Part shown: positions 25,238 through 43,796 of the stretch, one piece after another | Layout of the letters: each line of letters opens with the position of its first letter | How positions within the stretch are numbered: position 1 is the stretch's first letter | Assembly (NCBI RefSeq): GCF_009914755.1 | Contig: NC_060942.1 | Length of the DNA stretch: 64,000 nucleotides | Origin: the human T2T-CHM13v2.0 reference genome, Homo sapiens | Direction: 5' to 3' (one strand) | The notes under the pieces: generated by a model | What the model was told of the DNA's origin: nothing | The model's input: only the letters and a program-made list of their open reading frames with translations | Database searches by the model: none | Translations under genes and position numbers: made by a program

Positions 25238-27561
25238 ACCAAACTACCCTATATGATTTTGGAATAGTTTAGAGATGTTTTGCTACCACTCACCAAGAGT
25301 AGTCCTGGAATCTATTGATGAAATTTATAAAATAGAGATCATCAGGTAATTCTTTAGCAAAAATATTTGGGTTGAGTAGTGCTCCTAATGGCACTGAGTA
25401 GTGTTCCTATATTTTATGACTTACAAAAGTAAGATCATGGCCCTACAATATGTAGTTTCTGTGTTTTAAAGCTCTATTTCTGTGTAGGTTTAGATTTAAA
25501 AATCTGGTTCCTACAAAAAGTGTTGTTTTTATGGAAAGAGCAACATCTCTGTCTAGAAAGAATATGACAGGTGGTTTTAAATTACTGGATGACAAGAGTC
25601 TTGGGTTGATTGCTTTCTAAAAAGTTGCTCATTGGGTGAGTCTAATTATGCAAGAAACCAACTTTACAAGAAACTGGTATCAAAGAAAGCTGGGTGCACT
25701 CGAAGGAAAGTGATACCAGCTCAACAGTTGTTTGATTTATGTTTTAGCTGCCTAGTCACTAGCATATAAGCTAATACCAAGGAGACACTGAAGAAGGAAG
25801 ATGAAAAATACTAAAGGAAAAAAAATTTTAAATTTATCATAAATGTCTAAGATAATGCAGAATTATAAACTAGCAAAGATGAATAAAAATGTTGGGTAGA
25901 GAAAAATAAAAACTTTAAGATTACAGTGTGATAATGAAAGGTTTCAGTTTTCTGAATCTTGTGATTCTTACATGGAAGATGTCTACTTCATGCAGTCAGA
26001 AGGTCTTCCTTAGAAGCTGTCTTCTCCAAAATCATTTGTTTCTGGAAAATTTCTAGAAACCTTCACTTTCAGGTATGCAGTCTGAACAGTTTTCCAGTAA
26101 TTCAAGGATGGTTTGTGTCTCTTTAATGAGAGATGTATATTTAAATGTCTAAGAGATTAATGTTACAATGTTAAACAAGTTAACAGCTCTTTTACTTAGG
26201 TTTTTTCATCAAGGCCTATGATTAGTGTGCAGGGGGAACCAAAGGTTTTGAAGCAAATACTGGTAAACAAGCAGTTAGTCTTGATAAATAGCGATTGTAA
26301 TTGGCTCACATTCTCTTTTCTAATACTAGACTCTCAAAGCATCTTAATAGTTCATATTAGTCACAATGATTTAAGATAAATTAAAATCGGGTATTAGGAT
26401 TTGCAAATCATTTGATTTTTATGTGAAAACTTATTTAAGATTATTTTATATTAATGAATTAAACCTGCAATTTTTAAGTACACTACATACTGGAGGGTAT
26501 ATCCACAGCCCTCCTTCACATGTAGCTTCACATTAGACATGTTTAATTGACTTATTGTAGGCTAGTTTTGTACATTTAGAGTTCAGTGTACATCAACAGT
26601 CTCAGAACTGAGTTATCATTACTCAATGAATATGACACAGTTACATGGGCATTGGTATTTATAAGGCATCAATTTCAAGAGCTTAGAACTCTCTCTGTAT
26701 TTATTGTCTAAACTGATCTTCCTGAAACAGTCCCTTGGCTAAGCAGTCACATTGGTTTTAATTTTTCACTCTCATTTTGCAATTTATCTTCTCCCAGTAT
26801 ACAAAACAATGCCATGCTTCTGGCATATCCTGTATTTCTCTATGGTGCCTTACCTTAATAGCACTGAAGAAATTAAAGTGGAACCTGTTGTTCTTGATAT
26901 TGAGGGGAATGAATTTAATGACTGTATATAAAATAATTATACTGATCAGTGCTAAGAAATTATTTTCAATAGAATTTCACAAACACCAAAAAGAACTTTC
27001 TACATTTTTGATGATGAATCGCCATGGATTTTTTGACATTTAACTCAGAAGGAATTAAAAGTATTACATATTTTTCTTGTAATAAAAGCCCTATAGTTCC
27101 CATCTAATTTCTATAAACATGGCTTCTTCTTTGTAAGTCTTACATCTATCAACAATTAGAGTAGAATTAATGCTTAAATGTCTCCAATATTCACGAATGG
27201 GGTCCTGAAATGTTGTTAAAAAAATACCAAGTAAGGAAAATATTGAAAGACTTTCACCATCTATTAAGAGATATCATTCTAATAAAATTTCAATTTTTGT
27301 TTAATAGCTATCATATTTACTTTGTTATAATAAATTACAAATGTTTTATTTGTAATGCAATAAATAACAATTTTATGCAGAAAAATTAGTTACACAAAAT
27401 TCTGGATCTTCTTACAGAGATACTATTTGCTAAAAAAAAGCATAAGACATATATACGTTAAACTTCTAAATTTATATATCTTAAATTCTATTTTATAAAT
27501 GAAATTTTCAAGAGTAAGTAGTAGAGGTAGTAGAGAATTAAGAGTTTAAGGAGAAAAATAT

Positions 27562-27839
27562 GGCGAGGCATGGTGGCTCACACCTGGAATCCCAGTACTT
27601 TGAGAGGCTGAGATGGGTAGATCACTTGAGGTCGGGAGTTCAAGACTAGCCTGGGCAACATGGTAAAACTTCATCTCTACAAAAAAAAAAGCCAGGTGTA
27701 GGGGTGCACACCCATAGTCCTAGCTACTCAGGAGGCTGAGGCAAGAGAATCGCTTGAACCCAGGAGGCAGAGGTTCCAGTGAGCCAAGATCATGTCACAG
27801 CACTCCAGCCTGGGCAACAGAGTAAGACTCTGTCTCAAA

Positions 27840-27870
<31 letters not shown>
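27562..27870 (+). mobile_element. Alu (AluJb/Sz-like) with (AAAT)n tail
   Basis: 18-bp TSD 'agtttaagga(g/t)aaaaata' at 27543-27560 and 27871-27888. Confidence 0.96.
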
Positions 27871-29407
27871 AGTTTAAGGATAAAAATAAAGATAAATGAT
27901 ATACAATTTCAAATTATTAAAAAAAATTGAAAAATTATGTATGTTTGTATATGGACAATGGTGACTATTTAGATCTCCACTGGATACGTATAAAATGAGA
28001 ATTTTTAATTTTTAATTTAAAAGTTTAATAGTAGAAATAAAATTGAAATTCTATTCATTTCAACTGCTTAAATTCAGAATAAAAATTTTAAAGACCATAA
28101 AAATGTGTAAAGGAGAGCATTGTAATAAAAATTATTTTCAATAATGTGTAAAGAAAAAGGTTCATAAACAATTCATATAAATAATTGAAGGCAGGGGTGG
28201 GGCCAATATGGCCAACTAGAAGTGGCGGTCGGGGTCTCCCATCAAAAAGAACTGAAACAGCATGCTAATTCTGCACCATCAATCAAGGTATCCAGGTTCT
28301 ATCATCACACTGACTATGTGTGTCAGTCACACTGGCTGGAGAGGAAGGAAGAGCAGTTCAGCCCGGGAAACTGTGCTTTTTCCATGGCACTGTGCAACCC
28401 AAAGTCACAAGATCCTACTCATGATCCCACACCACCTGGGCCTGGGGTCGCAAACAATAAGCTTCAGAGATTCTCAACAGTCACTCAGCTAGCATATGCC
28501 AAAGCCTGCCGAGTTCCTGAGGGGAGGGGGTGGTCATCACCACAGCTACAGCTGCCTGCTGTCTAAGCCATCTGAGCTTGTTATGGGAGGGACAGCAGCC
28601 AATACTAGGACTGATAGCTGCCTAACACACTAAGTTCCCAGGGTGGGGGAAGGGTGGCAGCCATTGCCATAGCTCCAGGCTGCGCTTCTCTCCCTGCTGG
28701 AGCAAGGGATGGCTTGGTCCCAAGAGGTATTCCCCACAGTCCATCACACCGGCTGTGGCAGACTGCAGCCAGAGTGTCTCTTCAGGTCTGACCCTGCCCC
28801 ATCCCTCCTCACCAGGCTGGGCCTCCCTGCAGGAACTCCAACAACTCCAGCCAGGGGCTCAAAGACAGAACTCTGATCTCCCTGGGCCTGAGCCCCTAGT
28901 GGGAGGGGCTAAGTGCAAGCCAGCAGACTTAGTCTTTCCTCCTGCTAGTTCTGAGGAATCTGGGCAGCCCAGATGAGTGGGTTTTCCTTCAGCACAGCAT
29001 AGTCGCTCCACCAAGGGACAGCCAAAGTGCTTTGTTAATCAGGTCCTGCGTCCTGTGCCACCCAACCGGATGAAACCCTTCAACAGGGATTATCAGACAC
29101 CCTATACAGGACCACTCCCACTGGCATCGGGTCAGTGCTCCTCAAGTCAGAGATCCCAGCGGAAGGAGCAGGCACCCATCTTTGTTGTTTTCGAGCCTCC
29201 TCAAGTGACATCTCCAGATGCTGTAGTGAACCAGATGAATAGAACTTGAAGTGAACCTGCAGCAAACCGCAGCAGACCTACAGAAGAGGAACCTGACTAT
29301 TGAGGGAAAAACAAATAGACAGAAAGCAACAACAACAGCATGAACAAAAAATATTCCCACAAAAACCTCAGCAGCCTCGAAGATTGAAACTAGACAAACT
29401 CATGAAG

Positions 29408-30427
29408 ATTAGAAAGAATTAACAAAACAACACTGAAACCCCAAAAAGCCAGAGTGCCTCTTCTTCAAATGATTGCAACACTTTTCCAGCAAGGGTGCAG
29501 AACTGGATGGAGGATGAGATGGACGAATTGACAGAAGTAGGCTTCGGAAGGTGAGTAAGAACGAACTCCACTCAGGTAAAGAAGCATCCTCTGACCTAAT
29601 GCAAAGAAGCTAAGAACTTTGATAAAAGGTTACCGTGGCTGCTAACTGGAGTAACCAGTTTAGAGAGGAACATAAATGACCTGATGGAGCTGAAAAACAC
29701 AGCACAAGAACTTTGTGAAGCATACACAAGTATCAATAGCCAAATCGACCAAGCAGAAGAAAGGATATCAGAGATTGAAGACTATCTTGCTGAAATAAGA
29801 CAGGCATACAAGATTAGAGAAAAAAGAATGAAAAGCAGCAAACCAAACCTCCAAGAAATATGGGAGCATGTAAAAACACTGAACCTACAATTGATTGCAG
29901 TATCTGAAAGAAATGGGGAGAATGGAACCAAGTTGGAAAACACACTTCAGGATATTATCCAGGAGAACTTCCCCAACCTAGCAAGAGAAGCCAACATTCA
30001 AATTCAGGAAACACAGAGAACACCACTAAGATACTTCAAGAGAAAATCAACCCCAAGACACATAATCATCAGATTCTCCAAGGTCAAAATGAAGGAAAAC
30101 ATGTTAAAGGCAGCCAGAGAGAAGGGCCCAGTCATCTACAAAGGGAAGCCCATCAGACTAACAGTGGATCCCTCAGCAGAAACTCTACAAACCAGAAGAT
30201 AGTGGAGCCAATATTCAACATTCTTAAAGAAAAGAATTTTCAACCCAGAATTTTATATCTGGTCAAACAGTTTCATAAGCAAAGGAGAAATAAAATCTTT
30301 TTCAGACAAGCAAATGCTGAGAGATTTCATCACCACCAGGCCTGCCTTGCAAGAGCTTCTGAAGGAAGTAGTAAATATGGAAAGGAACAACTGGTACCAG
30401 CCACTGCAAAAGCATACCAAATTGTAA
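29408..30427 (+). pseudogene. L1 ORF1p remnant
   Basis: Start ATG mutated to ATT. Peptide 'MELKNTAQEL...NGTKLENTLQDIIQENFPNL...KGKPIRLT'. Contains stops. Confidence 0.9.
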
Positions 30428-30490
30428 AGACCATTGACACTATGAAGAAATTATATCAACTAATGGGCAAAATAACCAGCTAGCATAATG

Positions 30491-33834
<3,344 letters not shown>

Positions 33835-34094
33835 CTACTGCATAAATAAGTAATCTTATTTTGTAAATATACTACTGATTATTCTTTTGTACTGCCACTA
33901 AATCAACTGTTTATTGTATTTATTATGTCTCTGAAGTATTGTTTTGGCCCCTGTAAATATGTTCTATATATGATAAAAATTAAATGATAACTTATTCAAT
34001 ACCGAAATTTTCCCCAAAATGGTTTCTTTATTTATACATTTTGAATATTTACTGTCATGGAAAATTATATTTCAAAGATAAAGGGAAGAGTGAA

Positions 34095-34450
34095 AGGACT
34101 TCTGATTGTGACGGTGTGAATAAGCAGGTGAATCTTCACTCCTCCCAAAACACGTGTTTAGCTGGGTAAAATTGTGACAGCAACCGTGGCAGCACTTTTA
34201 AAATCAACAATGGCAAGCAACATCCTGAGGTGTTTATTTATGAAAAGGGAGAACAGCTGATCTTGGCTGAGGCTCGCCACCCTCCCTCACCTCACCTAAG
34301 GCCACCGTATCTTGGTCCCATAGTAGTTTCACCACAAGTTCGCTGCAAAAATCATCAGATTGCTGATATGAGAATGAGGAGACTTGATTTGGTGCAGAAA
34401 ATGAAGATGCAGTTTTGCTAGCCTAAAGATGCTGTCTTGGTAGGGGCAAG
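34095..34450 (+). mobile_element. Possible old L1M 5'-end fragment
   Basis: 'ggacttctg...gctgggtaaaattgtgacagcaacc...gcacttttaaaatcaac' resembles ancient L1M 5' ends. Confidence 0.35.
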
Positions 34451-36589
34451 TGTTGACTTAATAAATACTTATATACATAAAATACTTGCATAATATAAAC
34501 TCTTCCCAATGTTGAGGTATGATGCTTAATTAAGTTACAGAATGTTTTTGTTAACATTATCTTCTTCTTTGTTTAGTCTTATTCCTACAATGTAGTCTGC
34601 AGTATTCCAGCCCAGAAAGAAAAGCGATGATTTGCTTAAGTGAGAAGAGCAATACTTAGGACAGGGATAGAATATCCTGTCAATTTTGAGAAGAGTTCTC
34701 AGAATCCACCTGAGACAAGGTCCTCTGTTTCCAGAATGACATAGAAATGAGGGAGTACAAATGTGATCTTGCGTATTAAAGTACATTAAAAAATCTGATT
34801 GATGGTAGATCTTCAGTGAATTTTGCTTTGTTCTTCTCCCTTTTCCCAGTTTGACAAATGGGCGATATTATTATCCCTTTAAAACAAGTGACTGTAATGT
34901 CTGGAAATTTTTTGGCAAATTATGAACTTGGTTCTCTGATGTATACAAACCACTGTATATTTAAAATCTACTACTGATACAGAGAAATATTCTCAGTCAA
35001 AACAAAGAAGTTAAGCAGGGCCCAGCCCTGCAGAACCTGGCTTTTAAACTTTCAATCTCCCCCCTGCCTTTTTTTTTTTAACATTTTTAATATCTTTTCT
35101 GAATTCCAATAATCTCAGACAACCCCATATCCACATATAAGTATACAATTTATTATAAAGCCAAATATATTACATAGAATCCATATTCTACAACTTCAGC
35201 TCTTTTTAAGTTTTTGTGCCAGTTTCACCTCTAGTGTTGTCCAGTGATGAATGTTCTAATTTGTAATGAAATAGAGAAAACCTTAATAAATAATTTGTAG
35301 AAGATTATGTATTTTTCCTTATTTGTATATTTCTATTTAAGGTTGATATACAAAATCTTCAAAGTAGGCAATTTAAGGCATAGTGCTAATGAAGAATGAA
35401 AAAATACACAGATGATATTGTAGTCTAAATGTTACTACCTAACTTGAGAATATTTGATCCAAGTAACACAAGCCATAGGCCATATAATTTAACTGAGATT
35501 TTTCATGGCATTCTGCTCTTCAGACTTTTTTCCCTAATAGATAACATGTTATAATTCAGTAAGGAAGCATATTGCAGTGGGGCAGATACCAAAAAAGTAC
35601 TGAAGCCAGATTTGCATAGGACAACATTATTTTAGTTTTGATAAAGTTAGCTCGTAATATTTAACTGACAATCTCAACTTCTGGAAGCCTTCTGTCCTTA
35701 TAAAACCAGGAGAAAGCCTCTGATGATATAATATTTTGCATTTTAGAAATGTGAAACAACCAGTCGTTACAGATGATTGGAAGGAATAAAACAGTTAGAA
35801 AAATACTATGTTCAGAATTCTTAGGCTTTACGTAAGACTATCTGAAAAGGTAAAATTGCCTCTGGCTACATTCCCTAGGAAGAGCGTGGAGTACATGAAA
35901 AGTGCTTTATAGTCATGAATTAATCGGCAGTAACTTCTCTAAATAATTCTTTTTGATATTATTCTCATTCTATAAATAAAACATTGTCCCAGAGAGAGAA
36001 AGAATTCTGTCTTGGCCCAATAGTAGATCAGTAGGAGGATCTTAATAGGATTCTTAGAGAGGTTAAGTGGGCTGAACCTTTCAAACCAGAAATGAAGACC
36101 AGGACATTTGGGAACGTCATACTTTGTGGTTGAGATTAATTTACAATTGAATGGTTTTAAAAGTCATTTCTAGAATATAAAATTATAGCATCTTTATCTA
36201 CCTGTTTGTTTGATAGCAAAGCTACCAGTGATTGTGCCATGGTTGTATTAACGTCAAATAATTTATTAGGCTTTTGCTAAAGAATTTTATTTGAAATTTT
36301 CAAGTTGTTTGGAGTTCAATACAGACTAAAAATAGTTTTATTCATTCTGTACTTTTTTATATTTTAATATTTTCTATTTTTTTCCTATAATAGTTCCAAC
36401 ATAATAGGATTTTATAGTTTATTTAATGAACTCGAATTGCTGATCAGTTTACAAGTACTCTCTGTGTAGATTCAGATGAAAAGTTTGATGTTGAATATAA
36501 ATGGATCAAATATATGGAATAAATCTTACCACATTTACTTTTAGTTAAACAAAATATAAACAAGAGATTATTCTCAGAAAGAACTGTTT

Positions 36590-36730
36590 TCTAATTAATA
36601 TCCTGCAATGTTACTTGAGCCATCTATAAAATGGATATAATGGTACCGTAACCTGACATCTGTTTCAAAGAAAAAAATTTGAAAGCACATAGAAAGAGCT
36701 GGGAAAAAATCCTAGCTTGAATAATGTGTT
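36590..36730 (+). mobile_element. MIR fragment
   Basis: MIR core 'catctataaaatggatataatggtacc'. Confidence 0.55.
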
Positions 36731-37758
36731 ACCCAAAGTGTTATTCATTTTAACATTACTTGAGGGTTAGTAGGTTTGTCAGCCACTTTATTACAAGTAA
36801 TAAACCGATTCCCATTTTAACTTATTAGAAAGATATATTTGCATTTTGGCATTTTGGTGAAAAAATAATATACTCTAGCCGTGTTCATTTTATTTATATC
36901 GTCATTAACAACTCAATGAAATAGAGCCTTTAGCATCATGTATTGAAATTCATACATATTTGTATGTTTTATGTTCATACGTTTAAGCAAATATTAATGT
37001 TCACTAAATTGAAACTGAGAGATGCATCGTTTGAAACCCATGAATATTCATGGACTTTCCTGATTTATTCTTTGGGTTTTAATATAATATTTGAGAAAAC
37101 AATCAAATTTCATTCTTCTAAATATTCATACTTGAATTATAGGGTAAAGTGGAAAGTTGCTCATATTTCTTATACTGAGATGTGTGAGCTTATAAAAAAT
37201 AAAAGGCAAACTTGATCTAAGGGTATCATATTATAACTACATATGTTGATTTTAATAATTTCTTTCAGGGTCTTTTTGCTCTAAATTAAGAATGGCACAC
37301 ATTTTGGTCCAGTTCTGTGATATTGCTGTTGATCAAGGGCAATGAAATGAATTCGACCAGGAACTTCTGCTTTTATGCCTTTATGAGATGATTAAGGAAT
37401 TGATTACCCTTCCTATAGAATGAGTTTATGCCTTCTTACTATGGGGCATATATTAGAAAAAAGCAGAAATAGCTATTTTTCCCCCAAGATGATCTTAATG
37501 TAGAAACAAGAAGTTAGGCCATGTTTAATATATAATTCCCACCAGAAGCCGGAAACTAAATAGAGGCATATTATTAGTCAGACTGTATAAATGTAATGCA
37601 GGGGAGGGGCATAGTTCACCATCACATGAATTCAAATGTAGTGAAGGTTTATTTGTGCCTTTCTCCATCTCCTCCTAAATATGTAAGTATATGCAATAAA
37701 ACCCCCTTTGCATAATTAATTGTGATGTCCTTCAAGAAAGTAATTCAGAAGCGGATGA

Positions 37759-38392
<634 letters not shown>

Positions 38393-39595
38393 GAAAATGT
38401 TTTTTAAATTCTGTGTGGAAGGTCTCAAAGTTACATGTTTAAATTTAATGAATGTGCTTTAGTGTTTTCTGCAAATTGTATCCAAGATTTTTAACATTAT
38501 TATTCCTGGTGAATTTATACAACTGGAGGAGTACATGTAATTAATGAACACAATAGCCTTACAAAATTAAAGGAAAATAATTTTCTGAAACTTTATGGTT
38601 ACAGGGCAAATCAGGTAAATAATCTCTTGTTAGTCCTGAGTTTGACGGCTTAAATAGAGTGGCATCGTAGAAGCAGGCAGAATTTCACAGTCATCTAAGC
38701 ACACTGTATTATTTTGTGCTGAAAGATCTGAAGGTCAACATGTATAGTCATCGAGTTGAGGCCATCCATGTGGGGAAGCACAGCCGGCACTAGGTCCTCT
38801 CCCCAGATGCTCACTTCTCCACAGTTCACACCAGCTTGCACACTTACATTAGGAAATTGTGTTTCAAATTTAAACCACGCTTTATTTTATTATTTCCAAT
38901 AATATAGCGCAAAAGGCCAGGCATCTTCTCCATTTGATATGACTGTGTGATAAAACTGAGAATTAATATTGTATTTATCTTCTCTCTTTAGCCTGTAATA
39001 AAGTGGATATTGCACATACCTTGAACCAAATTTGTTTTTGGATAGAAAATGGAATCAAATTTGGGGGTCATCCTTAATAGCTTGTATAATATAGTTTGAC
39101 ATTTTAATATGGCAGGTAGGAAATTAAACACAAAGTCCTTTCTATGATGGCATTCTGATAATTTAAATAACAGACATCACCTAAATTATTATCTTGAAGG
39201 CTGTGGCATTTCAAATCCATTGTCATTTTAAATTCTCTGAGGAATTTGGAAAGGTGGGTATTTGTTTATTTGTAAATATTACAGTGAAAGGTTGTATAGC
39301 GTTTCATTTAGCTCTGTGTTAGCTATGAATTTAAAAAATCACAGAAATGTGAAGAGCCCCTTTGAAAGTTTTCTTGGGTTAAACATCAACACCAAATGAC
39401 CTATTAAATATTATTTCATTGATTAATTCAGATTAGACTAATCTTTCTGTAGAATGCCTCATCTACTTTTTTATATTGCTAGTTCAAATGTATTCTGTCA
39501 GTATACAAAAGATTTGTAAGAAGATAAATCACTTTAGAATGAATTCAGTCTGTCCCCTGAGAAATGTAAAGTTAAATAAGTGAAGAACATATATA

Positions 39596-39986
39596 CAGGC
39601 AGTCCTTGACTATGGTTAGATCTACAAGTTTTTAACTTTATGATTGTGTGAAAGCGATATGCATTCAGTAGAAACAGTACTTTGATTTCTGAATTTTTAC
39701 TCTTAATCTTTTTCTGGGCCAGGGATATGCAATACTTTCTTGTGGTTGCTAGACAGTGGCAGGGAGCCGCAGCTCTCACGCAGCCATGAGATCACATCAC
39801 CAGGGGAGGCAAGCCAGGCTCTTCAGTGGCCTGTGTTGCCAGATGATTTTGCCCAACTGTAGGTGAAGGGAAGTGTTCTGAGCACACTTGAGGGAGGCGA
39901 GGCTAAGTTATGATGTCGGGTAGGTTGGGTGGATAAATGCATTTTCCACTCGTGATATTTCCAATTTGCAAGTTGAGGGGCATCTA
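39596..39986 (-). mobile_element. MER47 (MER47B-like, TcMar-Tigger)
   Basis: 'gatgattttgcccaactgtagg...gtgttctgagcac...ggctaagttatgatg' with TA flanks. Confidence 0.85.
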
Positions 39987-40104
39987 TACTTAGAGAGCAA
40001 ATGCATTTGCCTTAATTTTTAAGCCTGAAATCCTTCAATTTTCTTAGTTATTTTCTATGCACATTCATTGAATCTACTTTGCTTCCAGCAAATGCATTTT
40101 CTTG

Positions 40105-40123
40105 GGACCACTAGGTGGCATCA
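40105..40123 (+). promoter_or_regulatory. CTCF core motif
   Basis: GACCACTAGGTGGCA matches CCASYAGRKGGCR. Confidence 0.6.
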
Positions 40124-41629
40124 TATCTGTTTTTAAGGTTTTTAGTGTACCAGTGACTTTCACACATTTCTATTCTTGAAGACTTTACCAAGAGTTCAGA
40201 TGACAAGACAACTCTAGGGGAGGGAGGAGCTGGGATATAATTAGAAAGTATAATCTAGATCCTGAAAAAAAAAAAGGGGAAATACTGATAGTATAAAGAA
40301 AGTTTTGGTCTTTTATATCTGTTCCTTTAGTAAAATATCAATGCCTTATTCCATATTGTGGTATAATATGAAAGAAATCTCTATGTAAATAAGTTAAATT
40401 ATTTTAATATCTTGCGTAAAAGAAAAAACACAAGCTAACCATATGAATTTTGCTTGGAAAAAAATCTTTTTACAGTGTCACTGGTATTTATATTTTTAGC
40501 ATTTGTTAAATACTTCCTATTAGAAGACGGGTGTACGTTGAAGTTCATATAAAATAGATAGAAAAAAGTTATCACCTTCTATTTCAGTGGAGTTTATAAT
40601 CCCTTGAAGGAATAATATTTAATGGATAAATATACTATGCACCTCAAATAGTCATATATTTTAATAAAAATATAGTATATATAATATAGGTCTTGGCAAA
40701 ATGAGTTTTGTTTCAACAAGACAAAATACATGGAAAGTCACATTACATTTTCTACAGATCCACCATGTTACCACAATGTAGGGTGAAAATGCATGAGATA
40801 TTGGGACAAGACCTTTCAGATGTTTCTCCCTCACTTCTGCCAGAATGCTAGGTCTCCCCTAGTCCTTAAGGAGGTCCTGCTAGTGCACTGTGGGGAGGGG
40901 ATAGGAGTAGAAGGGGAGGGCTTTCTAGATAGGGAGGAGCACTCCATTCCTGGTTCTCCCACCTATTTATTGAGACCTTAGAAAATTACATAACTTCTTA
41001 CATAGAATTCAAGTATCTTCACTTGTAAAATATGACAAAATAATACTAATCTCACTGTGTTATAAAAGTAAAAGTGGTATTAGTAAGGATTTGGGCAGAA
41101 TAAAAGGTATAAAAAGTGGTCCATTCATATTGGAGAATTACAGCAGAGTTTAATAAGGGGACTAAACAGGCAGAGTGTAAGGAAACCACAGGGGATAGTG
41201 CAGTATCCCAGCACAAGTATGGCGGGGCTGTACCACCTAGACGGAGCCACCTGCAGGTGTTCTGTCTTGGTTGAGGGAAACAGTAATTCTGAGACAACCA
41301 GGAAAGAAACCAGGGAAATATATTCACTGATGTTTATTTCCTCTCTTTTGTCTTCTGGTGAGGTTATCCATTGATGGACCCCTAAGGCAGTGAGTTCCAG
41401 GAAACTCTGATATAGTCCTACAGATTATTCTTCAAGGACACATTATAGTCTCTAGAAGGTCAAAACAGACCTGGTGATCAAAAAACATGTCCATCTCACT
41501 GGTGCCAGAGATATCCTTCTAATGTACAATTGGACCATCCCAGCACCCTGCTTCCAATTCTTCTTTATTTTATCCTGGTAGCTCACAGGAAAAAAACCAT
41601 AATGCTTAATTTAGAAAAAGACCATTTAT

Positions 41630-42071
41630 TATCTAGCCACTGCCTCCTTTAAGTTCTCTCTCCTCCAGCTATGGGGAACTCTCCTTGATACCTCAAGGTG
41701 CCATGTCATGTCCTGCATTTTCACCAACCACGCTTTGTCTATGCTGCTCCTCTTCCTAGAATGCAATTTTCCTGTTTCCTATTCAACTAACTCCTGCTTA
41801 TATTTCAAAACTCAATTCACCAAGAAGAAATTCTCATATTAAAAGTTGGATTTATATGCTCTTTTTCAGTGCACCTATAATACACTCTGTTTGCATCTAT
41901 CACAATATTAATTATATCATATTGTAGTCATAGGTGACAGGTCCTTTCTTACTAGACCTGGATTTCTCCAAGGAGAAGACAGTGTTTTATTTTACTCTGT
42001 ATCCTTAGCACCTTGAAAAATATATATATATCTCATATGAACTCAATGGTTATTGAATGAATAAATGAATG
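41630..42071 (+). mobile_element. L2 3' end
   Basis: 'tgctgctcctcttcctagaatgc', 'gacagtgttttattttactctgtatccttagcacct' and a (TGAA)n terminus. Confidence 0.8.
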
Positions 42072-43032
42072 TGTAAAAAGCCTAGTTCAGTGCTTTCCAT
42101 AGTAGGTACATCACGTGCTCATGTGATATAAGCTGGCATCCAGTGGGGGTGATAAAAAGGAAAATGCCTCAAGAACTCACGAATCCTTTCAAACTGAGAT
42201 ATCCCCTAAAAGTCAGACTACAAGTAAGCTGGAATTTGCTTTCCATTCTCTCTTCCCAGTCTACCTTAGACTTGCAAAAAATTGGCATGTAATTGAAAAC
42301 TATTTCAGAACATCTGTCTCAAGATGTGAAGATGCCATGAAGCTCCTAAAGTTTATAAGCCTCTGCAGACAGATAGTAATAACGGCTTATGGAGAAATCT
42401 GCGAAAATCATCTATTAGGGCTCTACGGTATTTCATTAATTTACACTGTCAAGAGAATTACATTGCTCAACCTTCATAATAAAGGAATTATAGAAATTTC
42501 AAGCAATAGTAAACTCATAACCCCAAATCTCCTCAATATAGTAATTATGAATTCTTCCAAACTAATTAAACACTAAATATTCCAACCCAAACATACTTGT
42601 GAGTGTGTGAAATTTTTGCAACGGATATATTTAGTGGAATGGATATAAGTATGTGTGTGTGATGAGGTGTGAGTGTGTATATATACACACAAATACATAT
42701 AGCCATTTTTTTTTTTCAAAATTGTTAATGGAGCTCAAATAAAATGCAATTGTTTTTCCAAGCCAAAATGAGTATAGAAACATGAGAATCAGCTAATGGA
42801 CTGGTATAACTTGCCATTTAAACCCAAACTGTTTACTATTAACAACAGGAAAATTTTTAATATATATTTAGTTTTATTTCACAAAATTTTTATATCTGTA
42901 TCTAATTAGCATAGTTCTGCAGATTACATAACATTTGGAGGACTTGCATATAAAAAGATGACTTAGGAAAATTCCAAAAGATGGTTGAAAGTACACAAAT
43001 TTTGATATGTGCAAGAAATTATCCATAGTATT

Positions 43033-43546
43033 TGTGCTAGGCTGAATAATGTCCCTCACTCCCCCACAATGATGTCTATGTCCTAATTCCTAAATCGTGT
43101 GAATATTACTTTACATGGAAAAAGAGAATTTGCAGATGAAATTTAGGATCTTGAGATGAAGAAATTATAGTGGATTATCTACCTCAACTCAATGTAATCA
43201 CAGTGATCCTTGTAAGAGGGAGGAAGGAGAATCAGACTCGGAGAGAGAAGGTGCAAGAATGGACCAGAGGCCAGAGAAGAGAGAAGACGATACTCAGCTG
43301 GCTTTGAAGATGTCAGAGGGGCCCTGAGCCATGGATTACGGGTGGCATCTAGAAGGTAGAAAGGGCATGAAGACAGATTCTCCCATAAAGGTTCCAGAAA
43401 GAACCAGCCCAGATGACCCTTTCATTTTAGTTCAGTGAAACTCATTTTGAACTTCCACCCTCCAGACTGTAAGAGAATAAATTCATGTTGTTTTAAGCTA
43501 CTAAATTTGTGGCAATTTGTTATAGCAGCAATAGAAAACTAATAAA
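43033..43546 (+). mobile_element. MLT1D solo LTR
   Basis: 'tgtgctaggctgaataatg...ggatcttgagatg...gttatagcagcaatagaaaactaata'. Confidence 0.9.
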
Positions 43547-43796
43547 ATTTCCAAAGGCTTGGTTATAGAATTAGAATACATTGTATATCCCGTATAGCAT
43601 TTATTATACTTTGTTTTCAGTCTCTTGCCTCTAATTAGATTATAATAGTCTTGAGGCCAGGAATTGCCTTATTTGTCTTTGTATCCAATGCTCTTGTTAC
43701 TTAGAAGAGCTCAAGATATCTTGTCGAACTAATGCCTGGATTCACTGAATGAGCTGAATCAGTGCATTGCTGCTACGTGTTTTGAATTTCTTAGAG

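Noticed and set aside
34820-34900. Strong plus-strand acceptors (~34849, ~37268, ~38991)
   Set aside because: No convincing paired donor or coding frame. Such tracts are common in T-rich DNA.
40890-40921. Second G4 candidate
   Set aside because: Needs a 12-nt central loop and has no supporting context.
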